64,000 bases of DNA from positions 1-64,000 of IMG/VR virus record IMGVR_UViG_3300013286_000013. The stretch is one strand, 5' to 3'. Positions 11,824 through 21,756 of this stretch are shown here, piece by piece (position 1 is the first letter of the stretch; each line of letters begins with the position of its first letter). The notes under the pieces are model-generated. The model saw only the letters and a program-made list of their open reading frames with translations, was not told the origin of the DNA and made no database searches. This DNA comes from a virus. The position numbers and the translations under genes are program-made.

Positions 11824-11833
11824 TTTTAAATTC

Positions 11834-14800
11834 TTATACGATAGATAGTCTTGAAGGAGTCAATGCTGTGATAATTTCTATATCCGCCACGGCGGCTCCG
11901 CTTACAAATATTTCGTTACTCTGGCAAGCTATTTCAAATAGATTACCGAAAGACGAACCATTCTTAGAAACGATAATAAAGTTTGTAATATCAGGTGTCA
12001 TCATGTTCATAACGTAGGTAGATAACTCACTGAAATTAAACGAATCACCAAAATTCCAATTGTCGAGGGCGAAGAATTCATTAATTAGAGAAATAATTCT
12101 AGTTTTTAAATTATTATCATTAATAGGAATATTAGGATTTTTTACAGCTCTAAATGTTGCCTGTAGATTTAATTCTGCGGCTGGTCCAAATAAAATTTTA
12201 TATTTTGCAGGATGATATATAATCGTGTCTGATATACTTTTTATAGGATTGAGATATTGACTATAGGTATCTTCGAGTGTAGCTGTCGTCGGAGGCTGAG
12301 GTTCCATTTTAGTAGTGTCTAACAACCACATTCTGTAAGCAGTATCATAACCTTTGGTTAGCATATAGATATCAATGATGTTTGATTTAGCAGGATCTAT
12401 ACGCTTCTCTTCTCCGCTGTTATGAATATAATGAAATTTTAAATTGCTACGACCTGCACGAGCAAAGAACTGCGGTTGCAGTAGATAGGCTAGGTTTTCT
12501 GCAGAATATTGTTTAACTACATCTGCCGAATAGAAATAATACAACTGACCATCTATTGGAGAATCTACATAGCTTTCGTCGGGGTATGCAATAAACTTGC
12601 TGAAGGGATAAAGTTGATATCTTGAGCCGTCTTTCATTAATTGAAAATATACGAAGTTTCCAAGGAACCCTGTTTGCACTAAGGTATTTTGACTGTCGGT
12701 AATGATTGCAAAACTATCAGGATCGTCTATTTGTCCGTTATTTTTAGAATCATAGAAACTAATCAAAATCTTTTTAGGTTCTACGTATCCGTCATTTTCA
12801 ACTATAGATTCATCAACTTGCCATGAATGATCTTTACCTAATTCGTTGATAGTCTGTCCTGCAGGTATTACTATCCAGGCGCCGTTTATTTTTCTACTTA
12901 CAATATCATTAAGTGTATTAAGATAGAAATCTCCATTGACTCCTAGGGTTGATTGTGGGGTGGCCGAGCCGTGTCGCCATGTATTTCCTAGATTAGGAAT
13001 CGTATTAATACCTAATACAGAAATTTTGTCTTTGATAGTAGTATTGGAAACATAATCAAAATTATTTTTATAATCATCTATAAAGAATGAAGTTTGTTCT
13101 GCACTTTCAAATACATAATTTGTTTTTCTATAGAATGCAGTATAAGAAGTGCCAGTCCACTGAAACGCAAAAATCCAAGATGAATCAACATTTTGATTGG
13201 TAACATCTCCTTGGTATATTAGACTGAACTTAGTTTGTAGATCAATATTAGTATCCGTAACTATATACCATGCTCGAGTAAGCCTATCGAAACTTAATCC
13301 AAAGTTAAGTTTTCCTACCATTTGATTTACAATTTGGTTTTCCAGAGCGAACGGTAAACTTGTAACAAGTTGCGGAATTATCTCAACTGGGATAGAACCG
13401 TCAGCTATGAACCCTGTTAGTACTATTGGACCGGTGCCGTCATTTAAGAGACCGTTGCCACTATTTGACCCGTCACCGGTTACTAGAGATACTCGTGCCC
13501 AGGTGTATGTGCGTGTTGTAGAGTCAGCTTGGTCAGTTAGTCTTCCTGATGGTAGATAATATTTTCCTGCAGGTGGCTGAAATTTAATCAGGGCGCCACC
13601 TGTAATATATTGTGTATTACTACTGCTGAAATATCCAACTTGCTGTGGTGTTGTGGTGCCGCTGGCAAAATCGTATTTGTCTTTGAAATAGCCACGGACC
13701 TGCCCAGATTCAGTCTGTGCAAGAGTCCAACTGATGTTGATGTTTGACAAGTCTGGTCTTGGATATTTGTCAAAGTAGAAATTTCTAGTTGTTGGGTTTT
13801 CAAGCAATGGTTCAATTTTAGATTTCAAAACACCAAATGCTTGATTACGATTATCAAATGTAAATGTAAAACTCAGCTGTTGATCTTCTTTATAAATTAT
13901 CCCATCCTGAGCATATATATCTGTTTGACTGTACCTGCCTGTGACATCATTGAGATCAAAGTATTTGCTAATTCCAGAACTCTGTCTGTTGATACTTTTA
14001 ACTTTGATAACGTCCGATGCAACGGTAACTGGTCCGATATTATAATCCTCTCCTGTTATCATTCTATTTTGTAGATAATAATTTTGAGGAGCCTTTTGTT
14101 TGATAGATAAATCTGTTTCTGCAGGCGAACTATTGTAGACAGAATATTGCAAACTCAATGTCAATGACAAAGATTGCGTTTGTCCTGCACTGTTTACATA
14201 GGGTATTCTTACTGACAGGCCGTTGATGTCTGATGGTGAAATCGTATATCTTAATCCGTTGCTCTGTCTATAATACAATGCAAACTTACCTTTAGGTAGA
14301 TCACCAAAGTTGCCATCTGCAAAGTTTAAATCAATTTGATCATTGATCCTAGAAGTAACAGCATATAAAGTTCTTGTGTTTAAATTTAAACTATTATAGA
14401 TAACGTTATTGCCCACCGTAGCCTCAACTTTAGACCACTCTCTATCGTAGGCTCCGTTCGCACTCAGTTGCCACAGCCAAACGTCACTATTGTTGATATC
14501 AGTAGCATTGATACCAACAATTTCATTTGGAACTGGATTATCAACAGAGAACGAAGTGCTGTTTAAGGATCCCTGTTTAAAATGCATAAAGAATCCAGTA
14601 TTTTTTGCACCTGCTCCTTGATTGTCATTCCTCCAAATTATGCCAGTCTGTCTTCCGGGCAGTGGAGATTCTTCATATATGTAAGTTTTATCTTTAAAGG
14701 TTGCACTTACCAATTCAAACGCCATGGCCAATCCGCTGATAGATTTATTAAAAGTATATACAGGAGCACCAGTTTGATCTGTGTTTATTCTATATTGTTC

Positions 14801-15349
14801 TGTTGAAATTCCGCCAATGGTATCTGACAGGGCTGGAGACCCAAATGCCATACCGGACGGCATTGCAGAATTCATGACTAGAATCCACTGCTGATACCAG
14901 TTATTATTAGAAGGATCATCCCAGCTGATAATTTGATTGGCAAGATTGATTCCGTTGTTGTCAGTAATAGAATCTGTCGTGCTGATGGCGGTAATTTTTA
15001 AAAGCCCGCTGGCTGGTGTATTTCTTTGTGCATTGTAACTGATCAGCTGTGCTAAACGTAGGATACTATCTCGGCGCTGGGCTGTTTCTAGAAAGTTTTC
15101 ACGAGCATTTAAATCAACACGGAAACTTAAATTCTGACCTAGATAACAGATGAGATCTACCAAGGCAATAAACTCAGAACTTTCAATGTAGTCATTGAAG
15201 TTCTCAGGATAATTTGCTTTTAGATATTGAACTGCTGATCGACGAAGAGTATCGTAGTCATACGATTTGAAATCTGCATTATTAAAGGATTGGTAGATCT
15301 TAGTCCAATCTTCTGCGACAAGTAGTTTTGAGTTAGTTGCTGGTATCAT
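11834..15349 (-). CDS. Baseplate wedge subunit, T4 gp6-like
   Basis: N-terminal DFKSYDYDTLR...YPENFNDYIESSEFIALVDL...ENFLETAQRRDSILRLAQLISY and internal KAPQNYYLQNRMITGEDY motifs typical of gp6/baseplate-J-like wedge proteins; adjacent to a gp25-like gene. Confidence 0.85.
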   Translation of the reverse strand: MIPATNSKLLVAEDWTKIYQSFNNADFKSYDYDTLRRSAVQYLKANYPENFNDYIESSEFIALVDLICYLGQNLSFRVDLNARENFLETAQRRDSILRLAQLISYNAQRNTPASGLLKITAISTTDSITDNNGINLANQIISWDDPSNNNWYQQWILVMNSAMPSGMAFGSPALSDTIGGISTEQYRINTDQTGAPVYTFNKSISGLAMAFELVSATFKDKTYIYEESPLPGRQTGIIWRNDNQGAGAKNTGFFMHFKQGSLNSTSFSVDNPVPNEIVGINATDINNSDVWLWQLSANGAYDREWSKVEATVGNNVIYNSLNLNTRTLYAVTSRINDQIDLNFADGNFGDLPKGKFALYYRQSNGLRYTISPSDINGLSVRIPYVNSAGQTQSLSLTLSLQYSVYNSSPAETDLSIKQKAPQNYYLQNRMITGEDYNIGPVTVASDVIKVKSINRQSSGISKYFDLNDVTGRYSQTDIYAQDGIIYKEDQQLSFTFTFDNRNQAFGVLKSKIEPLLENPTTRNFYFDKYPRPDLSNINISWTLAQTESGQVRGYFKDKYDFASGTTTPQQVGYFSSSNTQYITGGALIKFQPPAGKYYLPSGRLTDQADSTTRTYTWARVSLVTGDGSNSGNGLLNDGTGPIVLTGFIADGSIPVEIIPQLVTSLPFALENQIVNQMVGKLNFGLSFDRLTRAWYIVTDTNIDLQTKFSLIYQGDVTNQNVDSSWIFAFQWTGTSYTAFYRKTNYVFESAEQTSFFIDDYKNNFDYVSNTTIKDKISVLGINTIPNLGNTWRHGSATPQSTLGVNGDFYLNTLNDIVSRKINGAWIVIPAGQTINELGKDHSWQVDESIVENDGYVEPKKILISFYDSKNNGQIDDPDSFAIITDSQNTLVQTGFLGNFVYFQLMKDGSRYQLYPFSKFIAYPDESYVDSPIDGQLYYFYSADVVKQYSAENLAYLLQPQFFARAGRSNLKFHYIHNSGEEKRIDPAKSNIIDIYMLTKGYDTAYRMWLLDTTKMEPQPPTTATLEDTYSQYLNPIKSISDTIIYHPAKYKILFGPAAELNLQATFRAVKNPNIPINDNNLKTRIISLINEFFALDNWNFGDSFNFSELSTYVMNMMTPDITNFIIVSKNGSSFGNLFEIACQSNEIFVSGAAVADIEIITALTPSRLSIV

Positions 15350-15373
15350 ATATGTTATGCCATTTGGATAACA

Positions 15374-15379
15374 TATTTA
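15374..15379 (-). promoter_or_regulatory. Putative late promoter (TAAATA) for the gp6-like gene
   Basis: TAAATA 24 nt upstream of ATG 15349. The motif recurs upstream of most structural genes and resembles the T4 late promoter TATAAATA. Confidence 0.55.
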
Positions 15380-15401
15380 TTAGTAACATAAACTACGTAG
15401 A

Positions 15402-15839
15402 TTATTGTAGTGATAATCCGGCTTGTTTATCAAAATTTAACCGCATCACATCAACTTGGCTGGTAGGTACAAATCTGAGATTAATTTCCAAGACTAGGCC
15501 AAATTCTGCTTCTGTTATGGTCACTGACATAATGTTGACCCTAGGATCTGATGCTACAATTTTTTGTATATCTTGCTCTATTTCGGCCCTTACTTCGTCA
15601 GTGAACGGATCGTACAGTTTGTCCCATATAATAGTACCCCAGCTAGGTTGCATTACCCGCTCGCCCTGACGTGTATTGAAATAGTTTAACAGATCCTGCT
15701 TGACAATATCAAAATCATACAGCGTCACAGTTCTTGACATGGGATCTTGCGTGGAGAATCCTACATAAAACTGAGATGTTTGTTCTTTATTTTGCTCGCT
15801 ATAATTAGCAGGCTTGATTATGATATTTTTATATGGCAT
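15402..15839 (-). CDS. Baseplate wedge protein, gp25/GPW-like
   Basis: DLLNYFNTRQGERVMQPSWGTIIWDKLYDP...IVASDPRV is the gp25-family signature; 145 aa. Confidence 0.9.
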   Translation of the reverse strand: MPYKNIIIKPANYSEQNKEQTSQFYVGFSTQDPMSRTVTLYDFDIVKQDLLNYFNTRQGERVMQPSWGTIIWDKLYDPFTDEVRAEIEQDIQKIVASDPRVNIMSVTITEAEFGLVLEINLRFVPTSQVDVMRLNFDKQAGLSLQ

Positions 15840-15844
15840 GCGTA

Positions 15845-15850
15845 TATTTA
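15845..15850 (-). promoter_or_regulatory. Putative late promoter (TAAATA), 5 nt before the gp25-like ATG
   Basis: Minus strand reads TAAATA-tacgc-ATG with no Shine-Dalgarno. It overlaps the gp5-like stop codon, so chance is possible. Confidence 0.45.
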
Positions 15851-18166
15851 AGCAACAAGTGTGCCTCCTCCTTCTCTAAAATATTGAGCTAATGTTGTAG
15901 TAGGAACTTCACGCTGTCCGTATCCTGCACCCTGAAAGCTGGCCCATATTTTTCTAATTTTGTATGCCGCTGAAGAAAACTTACCTGCTCTAACATCGTC
16001 CAGTGCATTGCGAGTTTGAAGAAGGTATATACATGCCTTGTCTTGACTTGCAGGACTAAAGTCAGGTAAGTTGCAGGCTTTTTTGCAGGTGTCCCAAGTG
16101 TCTGGCATAAACTGGTATGCGCCTGCGGCAGAAGATCTGAGTCTTGCTGGACCTAAAACAATTCTAGGATGATCTTTGTATTTGTAACTTCTGTTAGTGT
16201 AACTATCACCGTTTTTATCATATGAGTTGCTACCATATGTATAAAATTTGAGTCCGTTATAGTTACCAGCTCCCGTAGGAGTAGTAACTCCAGGGGGTAG
16301 ACCTGCATTGTCAATGTCAAATAATGCGCTGGTATATTGTGTTCTATATCCATCTTTGCTGGCTGTGCCTTCTGCTCTGCGAATAGTCCACAAGAATGCC
16401 GCAATATTATCTTCTGCAAGATTACCTGTCTTGCTAGGTGGTGCGTAGGACGGATTTTTATTGTAAACAATATTAGCACCTGAAAAAGTATTTGTACCAG
16501 TATTTTCTGAATCAGTTCCGCCGAATCCAAATCTCTCAGGGTTAACGTTCTCATGATGCTCCCAAGGTTCGTGTGTTGGAACTCGAGTCATAATTGTAAC
16601 AATATCTGCGGCTTTGTAAAATTCACCGTCGCTCCAGGATCCCGGAGGTTGTCTATTAGGTAAATTATATCTTTGAAGGGGTTCTGGTGCATCTGGGAAA
16701 GTTGGGGCATCAGCAGTAGCAGAATCGGGGGCAGGACCAGCTGTTGCCGCAGGACCATTAATGCCAAGTGCCGGAGATGTTAGGTACAATGCCTGTTTCC
16801 CTAACACATTAATTTTCTTAGTTGCGGCAATTGAAATCGTATCATTTGCATTAAAACTAACAGATCCTTGACTTCCTAATTTTACTGTCTGGCCGCCGTT
16901 GATATTTAAATTGTCTGTTGCTTGAATAAAAGAATTAGTAGATCCCAATCTAAAATCACCATTTACTTTGATATTAGTGTTTCCGCCAGAAGCAAGATTT
17001 AAATTGTCGCCGCTTGCACTAATATGCATATCAGATTGTGCGCCAAGAAACATGTCACTTCCTGCGCTGATATGTAATTCCTTACTTGTCTGCATTTTTA
17101 TATCATTTACTGCTAATCCATAAATGCTGTTGCCTGATTCTATTTGAAGGTTTTCTCCGCTGGTTATCTTCACAGCTCTACCTGCTTCAATATTGAAATC
17201 ACGGTCAGCACGTAGGTTAAAATCTCCTTCTGCATGTAATGATATAGAATCGGCCGCATAGGCATCGATTTTGCCTTGACTTGTTAATTCTATCCATGCT
17301 GTTCCTGCGGCATTGCCAATATAGATCAAATCACTACTATTGTGTAGCAATATCTGATGCCCTGTACGAGTACGAATTCTTATAAGCTCATTGAGATTGT
17401 CTTTATCCCCATCGTCCATTACAAACTGAGATCCGCCCATTCTACTTACGTAGGCTGTAGATTTTACATCAAATCCTATTTCCCCCGTTTTAGATCCTTT
17501 TGACTCGTCAATTGGACCAGGTGTGCTGATGCCAAACACGCTAGACGGGTATTCTCGTCTAGCTGAACTAGAAGTTATTCCCCGTATGTCATCTAAAATA
17601 AGACCTTGCGCCAGGAGTCGGTCTGCGAACGGGTGGACAGGCTTTGTGAACTTGTTGACATCTGAGCCCGATAAATCCCTACTACGCTTAAGAAATTCTC
17701 CAACTGGGAGATTTGTAGTTCCATATTTTCTTTCTTGTTCCGGAGTTAGTGCAACGTTGCGACTGGCTGCGATTCCAGGAACCATGTGATTTTGATAAGT
17801 GTCAGGTATGCATCCAATCCAATAGCCTGCATTTGCCATTCCTCTAACGAATATAACCATAACGCATGAGCCAATGTCAGGAGGTACCATCCACATACCG
17901 TATGATTTTTGTACATCATTAAAATCTGCCGAGTTGTTGCCTTCAAATCCACTCGAGGTTGTTCCCCAGAATGGGCTCATGTAATAGACCGGAATAGTAT
18001 TTGATTGCAAATTTGAATCGGCTGTTCCGCCTTCGTATAATAAAACTTCAAGACCGCCCATCAAAGTAGAATCTAGATGGTTTACTACCCTTGCCAAGAA
18101 AGGACCGGCGCCAACAACTTGCCCTTCAAGCAACTTGTGTTTTGATTCGGTTGAATTGATTGCCAT
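15848..18166 (-). CDS. Baseplate hub spike (gp5/VgrG-like) with C-terminal lambda-R-type lytic transglycosylase domain
   Basis: N-terminal OB-fold-like part (YGMWMVPPDIGSCVMVIF), RIRTRTGHQILLHNS and beta-helix-like repeats. The C-terminal AFLWTIRRAEGT...DHPR...SAAGAYQF...DFSPASQD...WASFQGAGYGQ matches lambda R lysozyme motifs. Confidence 0.85.
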   Translation of the reverse strand: MAINSTESKHKLLEGQVVGAGPFLARVVNHLDSTLMGGLEVLLYEGGTADSNLQSNTIPVYYMSPFWGTTSSGFEGNNSADFNDVQKSYGMWMVPPDIGSCVMVIFVRGMANAGYWIGCIPDTYQNHMVPGIAASRNVALTPEQERKYGTTNLPVGEFLKRSRDLSGSDVNKFTKPVHPFADRLLAQGLILDDIRGITSSSARREYPSSVFGISTPGPIDESKGSKTGEIGFDVKSTAYVSRMGGSQFVMDDGDKDNLNELIRIRTRTGHQILLHNSSDLIYIGNAAGTAWIELTSQGKIDAYAADSISLHAEGDFNLRADRDFNIEAGRAVKITSGENLQIESGNSIYGLAVNDIKMQTSKELHISAGSDMFLGAQSDMHISASGDNLNLASGGNTNIKVNGDFRLGSTNSFIQATDNLNINGGQTVKLGSQGSVSFNANDTISIAATKKINVLGKQALYLTSPALGINGPAATAGPAPDSATADAPTFPDAPEPLQRYNLPNRQPPGSWSDGEFYKAADIVTIMTRVPTHEPWEHHENVNPERFGFGGTDSENTGTNTFSGANIVYNKNPSYAPPSKTGNLAEDNIAAFLWTIRRAEGTASKDGYRTQYTSALFDIDNAGLPPGVTTPTGAGNYNGLKFYTYGSNSYDKNGDSYTNRSYKYKDHPRIVLGPARLRSSAAGAYQFMPDTWDTCKKACNLPDFSPASQDKACIYLLQTRNALDDVRAGKFSSAAYKIRKIWASFQGAGYGQREVPTTTLAQYFREGGGTLVA

Positions 18167-18169
18167 ATA

Positions 18170-21100
18170 TTAACTTGTTTTTGTCAGCATTAGTTTATCT
18201 AAAGGACTAAGTGCTCGCTGTGTTCCATATAGACTGTTCACAGTGTTTATTTCAACGTAGTATCCTCCAATGCCTTGTAGCGTTCGGATTGCATTGGCAT
18301 TATTTGACTCAACTGACCCTAGTCCTTGAACTGCGGGTGGCAGTCCATTGGTATTTAAACTTGCATTGTTTAACTCTGCGGCGCTCCTGAATTTGTCAAA
18401 CTGTTGAGTAGCATTTAAGGGGTTGCTGCCGCCTGTTCCGTTTGCCTGCCCTCTAGATCCGCCAAGAAGAGCTAACAATGCTCCCACTGATGCAAAAGAT
18501 GAGGCTCCTGGTAGATTAGCAATGTTTCCACCATTAGCAAGAATTTTTTGCAGATCATACTGGCTAACATTTGCAAGAGGCGATTTAGTCAGTGCTTGTA
18601 GTGCGGGTAAGTTGGCAATGCCGGCGCCTGTTAAATTCTTTAGGCTGAGACCCAGCGCCTGGAATCCTTGGATATTTGCATCTTTAGGTACAGACGCTAA
18701 TACTTTTTGTAGCTTTGACAATAGTGATGTTTGCTGGTCAGTTGACAGCCCCGAAAATTGTGCAGGATCAATCCCTAACTGTGCGGCAATTGCTGTAGGA
18801 TCGGTAGGTACACCGTTTAATGCGGCAATGGTTTTCTGTCCAATGTTATTAAGATTGGAATCTTTAGAGGGGTTGGTAATATAATTTTTTCCATCAGCTG
18901 TAATTATATTATTTTTATAATTTGTTTCTAATGTATAGAGATTATTAGTGTCTTGTACAAAGCTGGAAATAATATTTGCCTGCGCATTTTGATTCGCTTG
19001 ATTCTGTGCAGTTTTACTAGGAGCCGGTATCGTTGTTGTTTGCAATGGAATGCCGCTTGTGTAGGGATTATATCCTGTCAACGATTGACCGACTGCTGGT
19101 GCACCAGGGTTGTTTAACAAGGCATCTGCAACTGCAACCAATCCTCCTATTTGCACACCTACTGAGGCAATAGCCTGTAACGGAGCTACTACTCCCTGTA
19201 TCACTCCAAGTCCATCTGAAATAGCGGCATCAATTCTTTTGACTGACGACTGCAATGCTCCAGATGTTTGGGCAAAAAGCCCCTGTGCCGACGCCATCAA
19301 TCCTGCCAATCCCAGGCTGGGAATTTGAGGATTTAAAATCTTACTTAGATCGGCAGTCTGCCTCTTAGTGCCAAACTTATTCACAGAGGCCGGAGCAGAG
19401 TCCGCCGTCTGCTGTTGGCCGGGCTCCGGAGAACTCTTAAAGGGAATTGAAGGTGTTATTTTCTTAGACGGTTGTTGGCCTGCAAGTCTTATCAGATTCA
19501 GTGTTTGGGTAAACTCGCCATCCCTAAAATGATGGTCCATCGATCTCACTAGGAATATTCCACTGAAGTGATCAACAGTTTCTCCGCCAAAATCCATAAA
19601 TCCGTCTGATCGATAATCTCGAGGATTTTTAAAATCAATGCTTATGTAAATCTCACCATCTAGCCACGGAGCTTCTCCGTTCTGATTTTGGGTTTCAGTT
19701 TTAAATTCAGAGACAACATTACTCATACCCGAAGTTACAAGATAGTAAGGATCACCAATAATTTTGCAAGTCATTCCTTGCATTTCGCTATTGTCAAGTA
19801 GACTAAGTTGTATAGCTTTTGCTAGAGACTGATACGGTGATATCTGTAGCGGTTTTCCATCTAGTCCGCTGGCGCTGGTATCGCCAGCAATGGCCGGAGC
19901 AGTATTAACTTGAGCACTAGGATTATGCTTTGCTTGATCAGAGACAGCTATCTTCACAGTATTAGACGGAGATGCACCCATTGAGGTTGCAGATCTATCT
20001 TGCACTCCTAATTTGTAAGGACGCTGTTGATAATATAAGGCATTGAAACTGATTCTAAAATCTATTAAGTCAACATTTTTTCCGGTATAGATATAATTGT
20101 ATGTTCTAGATAATGTTCTTTTTAACCCCTCAGTATCCCAGGATCCAAATTCTTCAGGCAGACGTGAATAATGTATCCAATATGGTCTAATTTCGTAGGT
20201 AATGGTATAAGCGGGCCGATTTTCTTTAGGATTTCTTTTTTCTTTTAATTTTGTAGTGACATGAATCCTGTACCAAGGAACCTTACCATTGTATTTGCTT
20301 TTCCATTTATCTTTATTATCAATAAAATCTTTAGTGTATTCGCTGTCTCGTATAACAACATCTATAATATCAAAAATTTTAGTTCCTGCTTTAACAGAGA
20401 TTGTTTCCCCTTTTTTATCATACCTGACCGCAGTAACTTCTTTGTCTACAAATCTATAATTATTTTTTGATGTTTTGTCAGTAGGTGCCGCAAACTCAAA
20501 CATAGAGTTTGCCCTTAGAAAATCGTTGATTTTTTTATTTTCAATAGTGATAGTTTCTGCAGACCCGTCGGGTGCTTTTATTGGTAAGAATTTAATTTCA
20601 TACGAATTAAAAATTGGAGATCCTTCAGCATCGTTACTTTTGCTTTTTGCTGTTTCAACCTCTTTTACCAAGTTCGTCAGCATGTCGCCGACTGTTTCGC
20701 CCTTCATCTTCATAGTTACCGGAATGTTGGCATCAAGTCCTAATACGTTTGCATTAAGATTTACTAAGCCGCATCTGTAACTTGTACCACGCTCATCGGC
20801 AGTTATTTGAACAGTGTTTAAGCCAACTGTCCAATATCTTTCAGATCTTGGTACTTTCTCAGCTTTACCTGTTGTGTCGTTCCACCCCCAGAACTCTATC
20901 TTTAGGCATAATGGCTTATCAACATGATCTTCATAACCGGCCGCTAGACAATTGACTCTTAGGGACTCGAGGAATCCGTTCATGCTGAGAGGTTCTACTA
21001 CAGTCAGTTGGAATTGAGTTACTACAGCTCCTTCAGTCAACATCCAGGGACCATTCATTTCGAGGCTTTCTACAAATAGATCAAATCGACCAGTACCAGT

Positions 21101-21448
21101 TTTGTTAAACTCTTCTACTAATTGTTTCACATCTAAGTTTTTAGACGTTTTAGACCCATAGAATCCGCCATCTTGTGCGTCAGCATCTCCGCTCTGTGTA
21201 GGAGTATTATTGTAATCAAATAATTCTGCGTCGGTTATTCCTTGTGTGCCCTTGCCTGAAGTTTTAAAAATTACATGTTCTAGCTGAGGAGATTTTGCAA
21301 GATATGAAGTGCTGTTAAATTGGTCTTGAGTTAACACCGCAAGAGTAAACACATAGTTGTAGGAACTATAATAGTTCAATGGGTTAGTTTCACCCGCTGA
21401 AGCAAATGCAGTGCTTGTATTGAAATAACTGGTACTTGAATCCAGCAT
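18170..21448 (-). CDS. Probable baseplate hub/tail protein (gp27/GPD-like) with a low-complexity C-terminal extension
   Basis: 1,092-aa ORF between gp53-like and gp5-like genes. CKIIGDPYYL and FSGIFLVRSMDHHFRDGEFTQTLNLIR resemble hub-protein C-terminal motifs. Function inferred mainly from position. Confidence 0.55.
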   Translation of the reverse strand: MLDSSTSYFNTSTAFASAGETNPLNYYSSYNYVFTLAVLTQDQFNSTSYLAKSPQLEHVIFKTSGKGTQGITDAELFDYNNTPTQSGDADAQDGGFYGSKTSKNLDVKQLVEEFNKTGTGRFDLFVESLEMNGPWMLTEGAVVTQFQLTVVEPLSMNGFLESLRVNCLAAGYEDHVDKPLCLKIEFWGWNDTTGKAEKVPRSERYWTVGLNTVQITADERGTSYRCGLVNLNANVLGLDANIPVTMKMKGETVGDMLTNLVKEVETAKSKSNDAEGSPIFNSYEIKFLPIKAPDGSAETITIENKKINDFLRANSMFEFAAPTDKTSKNNYRFVDKEVTAVRYDKKGETISVKAGTKIFDIIDVVIRDSEYTKDFIDNKDKWKSKYNGKVPWYRIHVTTKLKEKRNPKENRPAYTITYEIRPYWIHYSRLPEEFGSWDTEGLKRTLSRTYNYIYTGKNVDLIDFRISFNALYYQQRPYKLGVQDRSATSMGASPSNTVKIAVSDQAKHNPSAQVNTAPAIAGDTSASGLDGKPLQISPYQSLAKAIQLSLLDNSEMQGMTCKIIGDPYYLVTSGMSNVVSEFKTETQNQNGEAPWLDGEIYISIDFKNPRDYRSDGFMDFGGETVDHFSGIFLVRSMDHHFRDGEFTQTLNLIRLAGQQPSKKITPSIPFKSSPEPGQQQTADSAPASVNKFGTKRQTADLSKILNPQIPSLGLAGLMASAQGLFAQTSGALQSSVKRIDAAISDGLGVIQGVVAPLQAIASVGVQIGGLVAVADALLNNPGAPAVGQSLTGYNPYTSGIPLQTTTIPAPSKTAQNQANQNAQANIISSFVQDTNNLYTLETNYKNNIITADGKNYITNPSKDSNLNNIGQKTIAALNGVPTDPTAIAAQLGIDPAQFSGLSTDQQTSLLSKLQKVLASVPKDANIQGFQALGLSLKNLTGAGIANLPALQALTKSPLANVSQYDLQKILANGGNIANLPGASSFASVGALLALLGGSRGQANGTGGSNPLNATQQFDKFRSAAELNNASLNTNGLPPAVQGLGSVESNNANAIRTLQGIGGYYVEINTVNSLYGTQRALSPLDKLMLTKTS

Positions 21449-21449
21449 T

Positions 21450-21755
21450 TTATAATCCCAATGCCCTATTAATGGTTGTGAGTTGCGGAATAAAAATTTT
21501 CACGCCAGGTAGCATGTCATATATAGGATCTCTAATTATATCTTTATTCCGCATGGCAAACACCCACCAAAGCTGTTCATTCTGGTATATGTCAAACGCC
21601 AACAGATCAGGACGATGTTTATATTGCGAAGTTAAGGTGATTTGCGTATCATTTTTTAACAACGGTAGATCACGTATGTTCATAATATCTAGATAATTAG
21701 ATTTCTGAACAGTGTTAAAATAGGGACTTGCTTTACTATATACAATTTCGGCCAT
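21450..21755 (-). CDS. Baseplate wedge protein, gp53/LysM-like
   Basis: YKHRPDLLAFDIYQNEQLWWVFAMRN...PGVKIFIP is a gp53/tail-X-type motif. Confidence 0.8.
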   Translation of the reverse strand: MAEIVYSKASPYFNTVQKSNYLDIMNIRDLPLLKNDTQITLTSQYKHRPDLLAFDIYQNEQLWWVFAMRNKDIIRDPIYDMLPGVKIFIPQLTTINRALGL

Positions 21756-21756
21756 T

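Noticed and set aside
176-12017. Short ORFs listed in the track over 1-12 kb
   Set aside because: They are antisense or out-of-frame shadows of the giant minus-strand ORF and the gp6-like gene, with no RBS or recognisable motifs.
15350-15376. 9-bp hairpin before the gp6-like start and its similarity (ATGGCATAA..CATATG) to the sequence before the portal start at ~32600
   Set aside because: The portal-side copy is simply the last codons and stop of the tape-measure gene. The match is short and AT-rich, so it is probably chance.
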